Assembly: GCF_018977255.1 (NCBI RefSeq)
Contig: NW_024704742.1
Span: 91,080,001-91,144,000 of the forward strand
DNA from: Callorhinchus milii
Lineage: Eukaryota
Reading direction: 5' to 3'
Length of the DNA: 64,000 bases
The notes beneath the pieces are model-generated. The model made no database searches, had not been told where the DNA came from, and saw only the letters and a list, made by a program, of their open reading frames with translations. Positions 24,806 to 38,135 of the stretch are shown one piece after another (the first letter of the stretch is position 1; every line of letters begins with the position of its first letter). The position numbers and the translations under genes were made by a program.

Positions 24806-25849
24806 ACTGGTCCCATGTTGGGCCTCGCTCTCTCACTGGGTCTGTTTTCCTGTGTTCTCGGTAAGCTTCCTGGTCTCAATCCGTTCAGCTCCCACGCTGG
24901 TCTCGCAATGCTTGCTGTGAGATCTAGATGAGGCAGCGCCTTATTTGCCAAGCAACCATTGGACTGTGTGCTTGTACATTATGGAAGAGTTTCAATGTGC
25001 ATATCATAACACACAAGCCCTTTCAACCTGGTTACCATTTCTCCCTGTCTATACCAGCTACTCCTAGGTGTGAACCACACTTCTAAGGTCCCCTTAACTC
25101 ACCTAAAATGTCCTACCTCTTTAGCCCTTCCCCACTAGGCATTAGGTGAAGGCATTAAGACACCAGTCCCTCACAATAGGGACAGCTTCAGACACAATCA
25201 TTGATGGGAGGAAGGCCTCTTTGCTCCCCTAAATTAGTTTGTTCTGTCTAAATGCAGTTCCCAGTAGCTGTCAGTGCAAAATTACCGATAATTTGATATG
25301 AGATGTGCATAAAAGTCACAGTCTCACTCTGGTGAGGTACCTTTCTGAAGCTATGACTTGAGGCACGTTGTTGGGCAGACTGAAGCCAAATTTAAAAAAA
25401 GTAAATCCAGTTTATCTAAAATTGCCAACAGCGACACCACATGCAGAATTGTTTGGCTAAATGAGCACCGGAAGAGTATGAGAATAATAACCTTGAAATA
25501 TCTAAAATCGCTTCACAGGATTTTATTGTGAACATAGGTGACGGGTGGGGCTGAGGGTCTCAGTTCCCCCAAACCTATCTACAGCTCACCTCTTGGGAGG
25601 GACTGTGGAGGACCACAGCCAGTTCTCCGAGCAGCCGCAACCCGGAGCACCCGTAGGCACCCTCTTGCCTATCTCCAAACTAGTTGGGGGTGCCCACCAT
25701 TTCCAATCCAGCTGGTTGCTCATCAGGGCATCCTCATCCCTCACCTCTGATTGACTGATGGACCTCAGAGTCTGTGCAGTGATGAGGATGGGAGTGGTCA
25801 TCTTTGAAGCTGGCACAGAGGCTGCACAGTGTGGAGGGAGGGGGACCTC

Positions 25850-26038
25850 TTTGAACAGGCAGACAGACGGGCCACTCGGATTAATTAATGTCCAAAGGAC
25901 AGCATCTCCAACACTATCAGGCTGCACTGCATTCAAGTCTCAAACCAGGCTATGAGCTCAATGTCCCAATTAGGAGATAAAGCCCACAACCTTTTAACTC
26001 AGAAGCAAGAGTGTTACTAACCGAGCCAAGCTGACACC
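25850..26038 (-). mobile_element. Deu-type SINE 5' part
   Basis: The reverse complement begins gtcagcttggctcggttagtaacactcttgcttctgagt. Confidence 0.7.
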
Positions 26039-27862
26039 CTTGAATATACGTGGTTGAATTCTTAGAACAATTTCTGTTGAGTGCCTATTGGCCTATCAAT
26101 CACACAACAAGCAGTTAAAACACCAAGCTCTGAGAGAGGTAGAAAATATAGTAATTATTGGACCATTCTTTCGCAGGTGCTCAACAGTAAAAGCCAGAGA
26201 AAAAAATCAACACATCTAAGGCTCTTTGCAACCCCTCAAAAGTTGTGCAAAAGTGATCACTTCAGCGATGCAATGTTCATTGTACTTTTAAGAAAATCCA
26301 CTGGAACTAAAAAATCCATTTCTTTCAGATTATAACTTTTGTGCCTTGGCTGCCAAATCCTCACTGGTAACTTGTTAAGTACAGCCGTTGCCAGAGGCTG
26401 AATCATCACAGTATTGATTTGATTATGTTAAAGCTCTGTGGAACCCAGGGCCAGATATAGAAATATCTTCCAACAGAACCTAGTGGGACTGATAGAAGGA
26501 AAAAGCAATCTTTATATTGTTCCTGATAAAAGCATCATTAGTTTTCCTCATGGTGAAGTGGTTTCTTTTATTTCTCTACTGATCTATATGATTTTTCTTT
26601 CAGATCCACTGAAACATAATTAACAGTAAGTTAATAGGCCCTAAAGTCCCAAAGAGAGTGGGAGAAAGAGAGAGAGAGAGGGAGAGAGAGAAAGCAATAT
26701 TTGTTTGCACCAGTGTGCTGGTGGGTCAAAGAATGAAGTAGCTCTTTGAAAACTGTGTCTTATAGCATCTGATTTTAATGCTGTAGTGATGGTGGGTCAG
26801 TGACCACTGGGCACTCTCTTCTGGGCTCTTGGCTTCCTTCGGCTCTGTGCAGTCTTATCAACTAAGTTCCCTGCACGTCTCGAGTCCTGTCCCTGTTTTC
26901 CCGTATTGTGACTGGAAACTGGGCAGTGAATTCCTGGATTGCTCAGCTTGCAGAGTTTCTGTGTCAAACTGATGGATCCTTTCATCCACGCCACTTCCAA
27001 ATACTCCCTTGGGTGAAAGGCAAGGAGCCAAAGAGGGATAAATGGAAACTTATTGGACAGAAATCAAACTATCAACTCCACTATCCACATGTTGCTGGTT
27101 GATTCCTGCACGATTCACAGTCTCAATTGCATTGCTGAAAGATCTTACTTGCAACCTCCCACACTGAAAACCTGTGTTAAAATGATCAGTAAACCTCAGT
27201 ATCATTCAGGACATTAGGCTGGAAAACAGCTGTTGTAACTTCCCATTTCATGATTCAAGCATTTCATTTCCAAACTTAATTAAGTATGTCATTATGTTTA
27301 TGAATGAGGGAAATAAAGCGAATAGGTGTTCATAGTTTGCTGACAAATTATCCCGTCCTCTTCCTGTAATCTCCCTCCAATCAGTACTTCAACCTTTTCT
27401 AAACACAGTATTTGAGAAAATCGATTTCTTTACAAAGAATCAAGTTGAATGCATGATGGTGAGGGGAATATATGGATATGGGAGAGAGGATTAGGAAGGA
27501 TGGAGGTTCATGTGATGGATAAACACTGGTGCAGATCAGTTGCACTGCAGGGCCTGTTTGCATGATGCAAGGTTCTGTGTAATTCCATGTAGAATCTGAA
27601 ATTCCCCTTGTCCTAGCTTATAAGGCCATTTCCTCTAAAAATTTAAGATGGCACTGAAATTTGGGAACTTTTTAATAACATTCAATCCTAATTTGGAAAC
27701 CAGTTCGTTTTAAGATCTGCTGAAATCTAGCACCTGGATTAAAGCTCAACTGAGTTTGAGGCTGTGATTAATATTTAGTTGTGGCCCTCTCGTGCATATT
27801 GAATAAAATGAGTCTAGCTTGTATTTATCTTCTATAGATTTTCAAACAATCACCCTTGATTA

Positions 27863-28087
27863 TCATAGAATCATAGAATCATAGAATTGTACCGCACAAA
27901 AAGAGCCATTCGGCCCATCGAGTTTGTGCCAGCTCTTTGAATAGAGCAATTAATGTCAATCCCATTCCCCAGCCCTTTCTCCATAACCCTGCAAACCCGT
28001 CCTCCTCAAATACCCGTCCACCGCGTTTTTAAAAGTAGTTATCGAATTGGCCTCGACCACCCTTTCAGGCAATGAGTTCCAAATTCG
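27863..28087 (-). mobile_element. CR1 LINE 3' end
   Basis: (atcataga)n is the reverse complement of the CR1 ATTCTATG tail; followed by gccattcggcccatcgag. Confidence 0.88.
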
Positions 28088-28651
28088 AACAACAACTTGT
28101 ATTTATATAGTGCCCTACACAACAGCAACAAACAACAAAATTACATTTATAACCTTTAACCAATTCACATCCCATTCCTGTGAAGGATCACGTAGTGTAA
28201 TGTCTCAGAGCGCATTACAGGAACGGGATGTCCACACAGTTTTGGTTTGTTTGTTTCCTCGATTGGAGTGCCAACTAGTGGTGGAAACAATGTGTGGTGG
28301 GGAATGCAATGTGTTATGTGATATGGCAGGTCACATTTTCCTCAATTGTTTGTTTCCTCGCCAATGCAAACATCTCCAAGTTCTGCAATTTCTCCTTAGA
28401 GCTCAAATAGCCCTATCCATCTATCACTTTATTCAGCCTCTATTGTAGTTTCCAGCACATTTGCTGCAGTACTCACCAAAACTTTGTGGACATCCCATTC
28501 CTGTAATGCACTCTGAGACATTACACTACCTGATCCTTCACAGGAATGGGATGTGAATTGGGACGTCCTCCCGACGTGAAAGGTTATAAATGTAATTTTG
28601 TTGTTGTTTGTTGCTGTTGTGAATGGCACTATATAAATGCAAGTTGTTGTT
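28088..28651. repeat. Inverted duplication with arms 28088-28246 and 28475-28651
   Basis: The arms are highly similar reverse complements. The ORF track shows near-identical peptides on opposite strands (TTTCIYIVP.TTATNNNKITFITF..QFTSHSCEGS.SVMSQSALQE.DVH.VLV). Confidence 0.93.
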
Positions 28652-29335
28652 GTCTCCACAACTACAGCCTTCTTCTTAAGCATTGCTTTCTATCTTGGTC
28701 TCCCCCATCATGTATATGCCTCAGAGAAAAGGCAGCACCACTGGTCATGGGCCACTTGCCAACATGCTCTGGAATCAGCCATTAAAATATGCACCAGGAG
28801 ATTTCTGCTAACTTTGAGTGATTGTCAGAAAATCGCTGGAATGATTAGGTGAAACACAGCTCAAACTAATTGGAGTCAATTGATTTCTCTTTTTCAGTTC
28901 TCATTTAAAAAATTACTTTCTCCTGTTCTTCTCGCCACCACCCACCCCCTTTTCACTGATCATCCTGCCAAACACAACAGAGATGTGGGTCTTCATCTGT
29001 GATATAACCAATCCTTACACTCACCACCTCCAGAATGTGGAACTCTCAATCTGGTTTGGATACACTTGGTTTGGATAAGCATGGTGATGAGTTTCCACAT
29101 GTGTTAAACATCCGGCTGACCACACAAAAGCAATTCCATTTCACACAGGGTTTTTCACTTTTTGTTCATTTATTTCTGATCAACCGCAAACAATAATCCA
29201 TTGAAAATTATTAACCAATAATCGTAAAATGTAAGTAATTTCAGTGTATCCTTGTTAGCGACAAGTCATGCTAGTGAAACATATCATTCTCAATATTTTG
29301 TATATTAACTATCACAACAATGTTACTATATAATT

Positions 29336-29544
29336 CTCTGGGGTCCTCAAGCCTTGGCTCTTGCCAACCTGCGCCTAATACTTTCTGGAATTAGATAAGC
29401 AGGAATCATCCCTCCATGAGAGAGTGCGCATTCCATTCCAACAATCTATCTCTGGGATTCCAATGTGTAGGTGGGATGTATGGAAATCTCAGCTTGGTTT
29501 GGATACTCTGAAGCATAGTGATGGGTTTCCGCATGTGGCTGACC
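29336..29544 (-). repeat. Unclassified ~210-bp dispersed repeat, uninterrupted copy
   Basis: Related copies at 14228-14867, 40877-41054, 61242-61345 and 29033-29121. Confidence 0.85.
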
Positions 29545-29639
29545 CCACAAAAAATTGCAATCAGAAAATATGACTTGCAATATCACATCACACATTGCAT
29601 TCCCCACCACATATTGTTTCCACCACTAATTGCACTCCA

Positions 29640-29953
29640 AGGCACTGCTGGGGCATTCCCTCCTTTGGATGAGATGTTAAACTGAAGTCCTGTTTGCCTG
29701 TCCAAGTGGACGTTAAAAATCTGATGGCACTATCTGAAAAGAGAAGGGAGTTTCTCTCAGTATCCTGGCCAACAATCCCCCAAATAAAATTGGTAACTCA
29801 CTCCATGGGACATTTGTGTGTGCGAGTTGGCTTCTTCATTTGCCCACAAAATATACAGAGCCACAATACTTTACAGTGAAGCGCTATCCTGTGATGTCTT
29901 GACAACATGATGAGGCACTCTATCAAATGCAAAGAATATTATTATTATTATTT
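29640..29953 (+). mobile_element. Deu-type SINE, 5'-truncated
   Basis: ggatgagatgttaaactgaagtcc...gtggacgttaaaaatctgatggcactat, ending in (ATT)n. Confidence 0.8.
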
Positions 29954-30766
29954 TCCTATTGGGGTCAAAATTATGGCATTCATAAACAGTCTTTATTACA
30001 AGACAATGACAAATAAAGAGTGACTAAGTGACTGACTTTGTAAAATGTACGCAATTTGTTAAGCAGCGCTATTACTGTGTTTTCATTGTGGTTTGCTCGT
30101 ATATTTACCCTCTCTTTGTAAATTATCTGCGCTGGTTGTATCTTTGTCCCATCTGGCGCTCTCCCAGTGGAAAGGACAGTGCTCGGGGCTATGTAAATGC
30201 AATCAGCTCCTGTGCGCTCATTGCTATCAGTAGCAGCCTTTAGTCTTACGTGTGCAGGGCTGTACAATGGCACAGAACCGCTGCTGATGTCAGCGCCAAT
30301 CAGACATACACGTGGTTCTTCTTGCTTCCCACCTGTAGAGGCCACATTGGAACTGAGGAACTGAGCAGAGTGAGCATTTGAACCTCCATCCTGCATTCCC
30401 TGGTGTCTACCTACAGCACTCCAATGTGCTGCCTCATTGTATCTCCAAGGGTCCATATTTTTAATGTGTTGTGTGAAGTAATTTCCTGCCTGACACGTTG
30501 TGAAGTCGAAGTGTGCTGGAAACTCATTCTAATGAGATCATTCGCTTTCAATTCAGAGGCACAAATCAACAGTTCACTTCATGGAATAAAATTGGGTAAC
30601 ATCGCACATCTAGGAGCATGAAATTAGTAACAACATTCTTGGGGAGCAATGAGCAATAGTATCTTTTTGTAGCATATTTCATCCAATGGTACATGTAAAC
30701 CGTTCATTCCAAAGTCCCCGTTACATGTTATAAAACTAAACTAATGTAATGAGACCAAAAGGAATG

Positions 30767-31905
30767 CAACAACAAAATTACATTTGTATAGTGCCTTTCT
30801 CATCGGGAGGACATCTCAAGGTGCTAAACAATCAGTGTTTCGCATTCGAGCTGGGGTTCGAAATCCGGGAGGGTGGAAGGGCGGAAATAGGGTGATCGAA
30901 GGCAAGATCGAAGAGGAGGGTCATGAGATGGGTCTTGAAGGAGGCATGGGAGGGCGCAAGGTGGAGGGACTGCGGAATGGAGTTCCAGAGGGTGGGGGCA
31001 GAGTGGCTGAAGGCCCATCCACCAATGGTGGGCAATGTAAAGCAGGCCAGAGCTCACTGAGTGGAGGGAGGGGGCAGGTTAGTAGGGGATTAGGTCGCAG
31101 AGGTAAGGGGAAGCAAGGCAATGGAGGGCTACAGCATCTTGAATAGTATCCTCTGTGATGGAAATCCAGTGGAGTCAGACGAGGATAGGGTGATAGGGTC
31201 GCAGAGCCTGGTGCGGGAGAGGACACAGGCTACAGAGTTCTGGATGATCTGCAGCCTATGGGGGAGGTCGACAAGCGAGGAGTTTGCATTACATCAAGCC
31301 TCAATGTACGAAAGCATGTATGAGGCCTGAGGTGTGAGTTGGTGGCAGAGCCAGGTGATGTTGCGGAGGTAGGGGAAGGCACAAGATGATACGGGGGCTA
31401 GAGGAGAAGCTTTTTGTAGAGATGAAGTGGAGATGGTGTGATAGGTAGGATCTGAACCATTCAAGGACAGAACCATGATGGTTGAGGTTCGAGGAGAGGC
31501 AGTGGAGGAGGATAGAGTGGTCAATGCTATCGAAGGCAGCAGTGGGTCAAGGAGGACGAGGAGGCAGAGGGAGCCCTGGTTGCAGTTGGACAAAATGTAA
31601 TTTGTCACTTTGATCAAAGCTGTTTCTGTGCTGTGGGCGGCATGGAAACCCGATTGGAGGGGTTCGTGAAGGAAGTGGTGGGAGAGTAAGGAACGAAGCT
31701 GGGAAGCAATGACTCATTCCAGGACCTTGGAGAGGAAAGAGAGGTTGGAGATGAGGTGGTAATTTGAGAGCAGGGTTGGGTCCAGGGAGGAATTTTTAAG
31801 GGTAGGCGTGATGTTGGACATTTTTAAAGGGGTGGAAACAATGCCAGTGGACAGAGAGCAGTTTATGATGTCTGTGAGTAGATCTATGTAAAGGTGGGAG
31901 GTGTT
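30767..31905 (-). mobile_element. L2 LINE fragment (RT N-terminal part plus 3' end, internally deleted)
   Basis: Translates to SNLSFLSKVLE...LQSGF..HSTETALIKVTN.IL...LLVLLD and TIGGWAFSHSAPTLWNSIP; L2 tail at 30767. Confidence 0.9.
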
Positions 31906-32974
31906 ACCAGCCTAGTCTCCTTTTCACCTGAAGACACTGTCGGCTTGTGGCCTGTGGAGCATCTCTCATTGCACCTCGATACAAAGGTAAAAAGAAAGAT
32001 CAGAATAGAACTGATGTTACACTGCATGAAGTATAAATATTTAACTTGACTAACAAACGAGCCATCATATAGAAAAAGAAGATAATAGATAATGTATATG
32101 TATCCCGTTTAATGTAATAGCAACACTAATCCTTGCATTTGATACAGCACCTTATATTGCCAAAACATCTCAAAGTGCTTCACAGAAATTTTACTGAGAC
32201 ACGTAGTCAGTGTTATTTGCAGGCACGTATAATCAGTTCATACACAAACCAACACCACCAACAACTTGCATTTATATAGTGCCACTTACATATGGTAGTG
32301 TCCGAAAATGTACAGTCACTGCACTTTAAAATAAATCCTATGACATGCTTTGGAATGGCTCCTGACGTGAAAACTACTATACCATATGTAAGGATTATCA
32401 TTAGTAATAAAAAAATGTTGACCTTACTGTAACTGGATCGATTTCTGCCAACACTTATCTGCACCTTTTTATGAAAACAAATATTTAGACTTTAAACTGA
32501 CTTTTAAATCAATGATTATGTCAGTTCTTATAGCTCCAGCTTGCTGAATAACAGGATATTCAGATGACCTCTGTCTCGCCTTCACAAGCTGGACATGACT
32601 AAAGCTGTGCTAAGCATGAGGAAGCAGAGAGCTTCTCCAGGGGGAAAAGCAGGCCTGAGTGTCAAACCCGTCATCACCTGCTTGGGGCGCCGCATCTAAG
32701 CTAGTGCCCATTTGCAACTAATCCATGTGTATATGATAGCTACACAAATCAGTGCCAGGTTGGACTGAGTGGAGGCAGACACATAAGAATCTGTGTGAAC
32801 TGTGAGCACAGGGTAATTTGTTACTATACGTAACATCATCCAGTGTATTTTATAACCAGAGTGCCATTGTGGTGAGACAATAAGATCCAATGTGACAGCT
32901 TGCTGCCTGTTTCTCCTTTACAAACACTGGACATACTTATTAAGTGTTCGAAGTGTTATGTCTGGCTCCTCCAG

Positions 32975-33330
32975 TGGTGTCATGCAGACCAAGTTGTAGG
33001 TTCAAATCCCAGTACTCGGTGCTGGGTTAGCTGATCGTAGCCAGGGCAGCAATTGAGGCGCCACAATTGGCCTCAATCTCCCTGGGCTAGGCGGAGGAGG
33101 AAAAATCAGCATTCCCACTGCTGTTTGGGATCCAGTGATCCCTGCTGGAAAGTATGTATGTGTGGACGTCGGGTGAGATCAGGATTATGCTCAGCTGTAT
33201 TGCTCCCAGAGGTGAATCACTTGCTGACACTCACTGCCTAGGTTTGACCATGAATAGTCGCCACTTGGCTGCGGGCGGCTGCAAACCTGCAACCACAAAG
33301 AGAGTCTGCGTCTTCAAGCATAGGATTGTT
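32975..33330 (+). mobile_element. Old tRNA-derived SINE (family C), best-preserved copy
   Basis: B-box ggttcaaatccc, then gttagctgatc...caattggcctca...ctgctggaaag; related to 2240-2590 and 8590-8730. Confidence 0.7.
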
Positions 33331-33829
33331 ATGAAACGTGGAAAGCTGAGTTAAGTCAGTATTCCGTGAATCGGTTGTGAAATGCTGAGGGCTAGCAGGT
33401 TCAAAAGTGCCATGAGCTGGCTCATTGGCTGCCACAAGCAGCTTTGGACCCAACCTTGTTTCCTAAGCCTGGGCCTGTTATTGATTAGGAGAGCACCGGC
33501 AGCAGAAAATCACGCAATGTGATAATTAGAATCAGTGCTAATTCTTATATCAAGTATCATATTGACCACTGGTGCTAATTATCATACCCACAACTGTTTG
33601 TGGGACACTGTTGTGCGCAATTAGTGGCCGTGTTTTGCCCACAACAATAATACATAGTAAATCCACTTTGCAGTATATTCTGTGAAGCACTTTGAGATAT
33701 CTCAACGGCATTCTTGGTGCTACATCAAATGCAGGGATTATTATTGTTTATGACCACCCTAAAAGCCAAACTGTCCTTCAACAACTCGAGTAATCATTAC
33801 AGTGAATGTTTCGTACTAGCTAATTGTAT

Positions 33830-34816
33830 TGTTAGAATATACACTTTTTGTATACTGCCAGAATCATAATAGATGTTGTGAATGGGTTAACTTTTAAGTT
33901 AAGTCTGGGGGGCAACTGGACTGACAGTCATGGGATAGGACACATCTGGTTTTCTCTGTTTTTGAAAGAATAACAGGACAGCTTTGGAAAAGGGCAGGGG
34001 GTTACCTTTTATCAGTAAATGACAACACGCCCACAGAGATAACGGTCCAAAGTACCGGTCGACACAGGATCTCAAGTAAGGAATAAGTCGCTAGATTCTG
34101 ACAGGGCCTGCCAAGCGGCAGAAGGCAACCCTCAAGAATAGCAACTAATGAGCAAGTTGCTTAAACTAGAGGGCCTTGGTACCATCCCGGGATACTGATA
34201 AGAAATAACCAGTCACTTAAAAGGAATGTACTAATGATCCCACCTTACAAAATAAAAAGCATCAGATAACAGGGGTCTTAAGGACAATGTGTATGTGTGC
34301 TGAGACACGTACACCCCATGAGGTGTTCACATGAACCCAGCATGATTTCGACAGGTGATCTAATGTCCGCACCATGATTGGACGAACATCGGTATAAGAG
34401 TTCTGATAACTTTGTGTACGGGGCCGTCCCGGGTCGCGGAGACAAGGATACGGGAGATGGAGCCATCCCGGGCTGCGGAGACAAGGATACGGGAGATGGG
34501 GCCATCCCGGGCTGCGGAGGCAAGGGTACGGGAGATGGAAGACTGAGAGCTCGAAACACTAAGACTGAGGATATCAGATGGAAGATTGAAAGCTGTAAGC
34601 AAGAAGACTGAAAGCATGAAGAATCAAGCTTGTGTGCTGGAAAGACACAGTGTTGAACTCGAGATATCTACGGTGGTATTATTCTGTTATAAGATCTGTT
34701 GATTGTACCAGCCTTTGGTCTGACCCATTGGGATATTGGGGAATAACGAACGAATAATAATAAAACAGTCTGATATCTGGTTGCAAACGGATTATGGATG
34801 ATTTTATTTTCTAACA
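33830..34816 (+). mobile_element. Solo LTR, 987 bp (ERV- or Gypsy-type)
   Basis: Termini TGTTAGAA...TTCTAACA form an 8-bp inverted repeat with TG...CA ends. GTAT flanks both sides (33826-33829 and 34817-34820). TATAAG near 34394 and AATAAA near 34759 suggest + orientation. Confidence 0.85.
34421..34537. repeat. 39-bp tandem repeat, three copies, inside the solo LTR
   Basis: Unit gggccatcccgggctgcggagacaaggatacgggagatg with few substitutions. Confidence 0.95.
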
Positions 34817-35049
34817 GTATAAACCGGAAGACAGGGTGTTATTAGATGTTAAATGACATGGCATTGTGTGTCTCAATGGTTTCTTCTAACCAATCATTGG
34901 TAAACCTATTATAAATAATCTCACTCATGTAGATACGTGAAGGTTTACACAGGATTTATGGTGAAATATCTGGACCTAAATTGTTCCTCAATATGTCTCA
35001 GGATAAGAAGCCCACAGGTATAATGAGCGACAGGGAACCTACAATAGAA

Positions 35050-35390
35050 AATAATAATAACCCTTATACAGTATTTGATATAGCGCCTTTCACAATGGGA
35101 AAATGATTCAAAGTATATCACAAAATATACTGTAAAGTGTATTGACTGTGTACTTTTTGTAGGTAAATGCATTCAGCCAATTTGCACACAGCCATGCCCC
35201 ACAAACAGCCAAGAAGTGAACGACAAATTTTATTTGGGGTATTGTTGGCCAGGACTCCGAGAAACTCTTTTCTCTTTTTCAATAGTGCTTTGGGATCTTT
35301 CACATCCATCTGAACTGGCAGACAGGATCTACTTTAAGGTCTCATTTGAAGGACAAAGCATTGTTCCCCCAGCATTGCCTTGGAGTGTTT
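35050..35390 (-). mobile_element. Deu-type SINE
   Basis: aatagtgctttgggatctttcacatccatctg plus the shared tail. Confidence 0.8.
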
Positions 35391-35869
35391 GTTCAAAGTC
35401 CTAAAGAAATCCTCGAGCACTCCAACATCTCACCAACAAGCTACTCCAGCAGTTCATCTCTCTCTTTATCTTTCTCTTTCCTGCTCTCTCAGCAATAGAT
35501 TCTCTCCAAGCCATCCTCCTTCTTGGATCCCTGCACACGGAATTTGCTCCCTTGGCTAAGTTATTTGCTGCTTTTCAAAGCATCTGAAGACAGACGCTCA
35601 ATTGCTGCAAATGAGCTAGTCACTTGACAATGCCAGACATCCGCTTACTATTCAGAATGTAGAAAAAAATCAGAAAGCTTTTTTAAAAAAACACATGGTA
35701 GAAAAAGAAATTGCCTTTGTAATTTTAATATCACCCCCATATGGTGTAACCAGTTTAACCACATATGGTATCTTCTAAAGTCATGTTTCCTGGCGATATA
35801 AACATCAGCATCCACTGCAGTCCTGGCCAACTGTTATACATACTACTCATTCCTCAAACAATGCAACAA

Positions 35870-36165
35870 TACTAATAATCCTTGCATTTGATAGAGCGCC
35901 TTATCACGTTGTTGAGATATCTCAAAGCCCTTCACAAAATATACTGTAAAGTGAATTAACTGCATATATTGTGGGCGAAACGTGGCAGCCAATTGTGCAG
36001 AGCAGTGTCCCACAAACAGTCGTGTATTGAGTGACCAAATTATTATCATTTTTTTTAAGCGATTATTACGCCCAGAAAAGTGATCAACCGGGTTCCTGCT
36101 TACTGATAGGTAAACAGAGGCATGTGGAGAAAGGAAACTTTCCCAAGGTATCTCCCCACCTGGGA
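35870..36165 (-). mobile_element. Family A SINE
   Basis: aataatccttgcatttgata tail through ggttcctgcttactgataggtaaacagagg. Confidence 0.85.
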
Positions 36166-37189
36166 AACGGCCTCAATATTCCTGAGATTGTACCAGGAAA
36201 TAAAAGTACCCACCTGTTCTTATTGCTGTTTTTGGACAGGTATTCTTCCTCTCTTCCTCTTTCCCAAAAAATATCCTCAAAAGATTTTATTGCCTCACAT
36301 AAAACCATAGCTGGAAGAATCATATTGTTTAAGTACAGTCTTGTACACACTGTAATATAACCTTCATTGAACACATATTGGCTGAATGCCAGGATTGATG
36401 AGATGCTATGCTGTTCAATCTCAGTTGTCTTTCTCAGTATTAAAAGAAGTCTGTTTTTATCCAAGGACCATCTGTTTTTGATCTTTATGTTTCAGGTTTC
36501 CTTTATTTTTAATGTAATGATGTATTTTAATGCCATAACGCTGATTTAAACGGCTAGTGGTGAAGAGAGTGTGAAAATTATATTCCCAGTGCGACAATGT
36601 AAACATCAGTGAATCAATTAAAAANTCAGTTCTTGCTGCTAATGAATGAAGCAGTCTCGTTTTTATGTGTTGTGATGTTCTTAAAATATAAATATCTCCA
36701 CTGGCCACAATCAATGCAGTAACTGGGGCTTACGATCTGATGTACCTTAACATATGGGAACCACTGTTTAATCTACTCCATTGAAATGTAAGGGCCTCTA
36801 TCTATGAGAACACTGGTACAGGGGACAATCCTCTCATAACGTGAGTGCCAAAAGTTCTTTTAAGCCCTGAGAGTTCCATTTAGGGGAAATGTGCCACATC
36901 TACAAATGATTCTAAAATGCTTTGAAATGTATCTCCAGCTGTCTCAAATTCAAAAATGTTCCAGTGGGAGCAAGTATCTGTAACCTTCTGAGCTGAAACT
37001 GTTCAATGCTTCTTAGAGTGTACCTCAGTGTCAACTCTTGTATATTTGTGTTGTAAACTGGGTAGGTTGTATTCCATAGAAGAAGAAACTGCATTTAAGT
37101 GCAAGGCAAGCTGTATTGAGGACATTGCTTGGTACTCATTGCCCGGAAACTCAGAGCAGTGCAATAGCCACGTTTCATTCTTATAATAA

Positions 37190-37420
37190 TAAGATAATAA
37201 TAATGCTTCATTTGATATAGAGCCTTATCACATCATTGAGACGTCTCAAATTGCGTCACAGGATATACTGTAAAGTGGATTGACTGCGTATTTTGTGGGG
37301 GAAACGCAGACAGCAACATTCCACAAACGGTCGTGGAGTGAGTGACCAATTTTATTTGGGGGATTGTTAGCCAGGACACCGGGAGAAACTCCCTTCCCTT
37401 TTTGAATAGTGCCATTCTTT
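37190..37420 (-). mobile_element. Deu-type SINE 3' half
   Basis: Shared tail plus ccaggacaccgggagaaactcc...aatagtgccat. Confidence 0.8.
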
Positions 37421-37789
37421 TGTTCCATTTCATAGGACACTCTGAATGAGTAACATGGGTCACCTGGAGGTTTAAGGTAGCACCTGCCCTCTCATGAATG
37501 TCTCCCCCCATATGACTGTCCGGGGATTGAGAACTCACCATGTGAGAAATGATGCGAGCAAATGTATGCCCTAGCAGTCTGCCATGCCATCAGGCTAACA
37601 CCCAACCTTCTGTTGTTCTACATATAAATAGCTCCTCTATTCGCTCTCCTGGACATAACCTAGAGTTATGTGCAGGAGAGACTCAAAACTTGAAGGTCTA
37701 ATGTTTGGTTTAATAGAAAGAAAGGGCAGTTGCACAGCAATAAATTAGCACAAGTGAAGATCAGACATCGGTCATATAATAATAATAAT

Positions 37790-38135
37790 CATAATAATAA
37801 TCCTTGCATTTGATATAGCATCCTATCGTATCATTGAGACTTCTCAAATTGTTTCATAGAATTTATTGTAAAGTGAATTGACTGTATATTTTGTGAGTGA
37901 AACACGCCAACCAATTGCACACAGCAGTGTCACACAAAGCCATGGATGAGTGCGCAAATTATTATTTTATTTTGAAGGGATTATTATCCTCAGAAAGCGA
38001 TTCACCAAGTTTCTACTTCCTGCTAGGTAAACAGAGGCGTGTAGAGTAAGGAAACTTGCCTAAGGTTTCACCCTGCCCGGGAATGGAACCGTGTCCTCTC
38101 ACTTGAAAGCTGAGTGCTCTAACCACTAAGCTGCA
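37790..38135 (-). mobile_element. Full-length family A SINE
   Basis: Tail at 37790; tRNA head gagtgctctaaccactaagctgc at about 38112-38135. Confidence 0.88.

Noticed and set aside
24814..24864. Signal-peptide-like exon MLGLALSLGLFSCVL followed by GTAAG
   Set aside because: It abuts a CR1 tail, and I found no downstream V-type or other matching exon. Probably chance.
29980..30456. 158-aa minus-strand ORF
   Set aside because: No recognisable domain or splice context; better treated as possible non-coding conserved sequence.
34421..34537. CRISPR array or repeat-protein ORF (34378-34611)
   Set aside because: The units are head-to-tail with no spacers, there are no cas genes, and it lies inside an LTR. 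The 39-bp unit simply preserves reading frame.
35455..35587. Polypyrimidine tract plus CAG and a 31-codon frame as a terminal exon
   Set aside because: The tract is a (CT)-rich low-complexity run, the peptide is unrecognised, and no partner exons were found.
36625..36625. Single N base
   Set aside because: An assembly ambiguity, not a biological feature.
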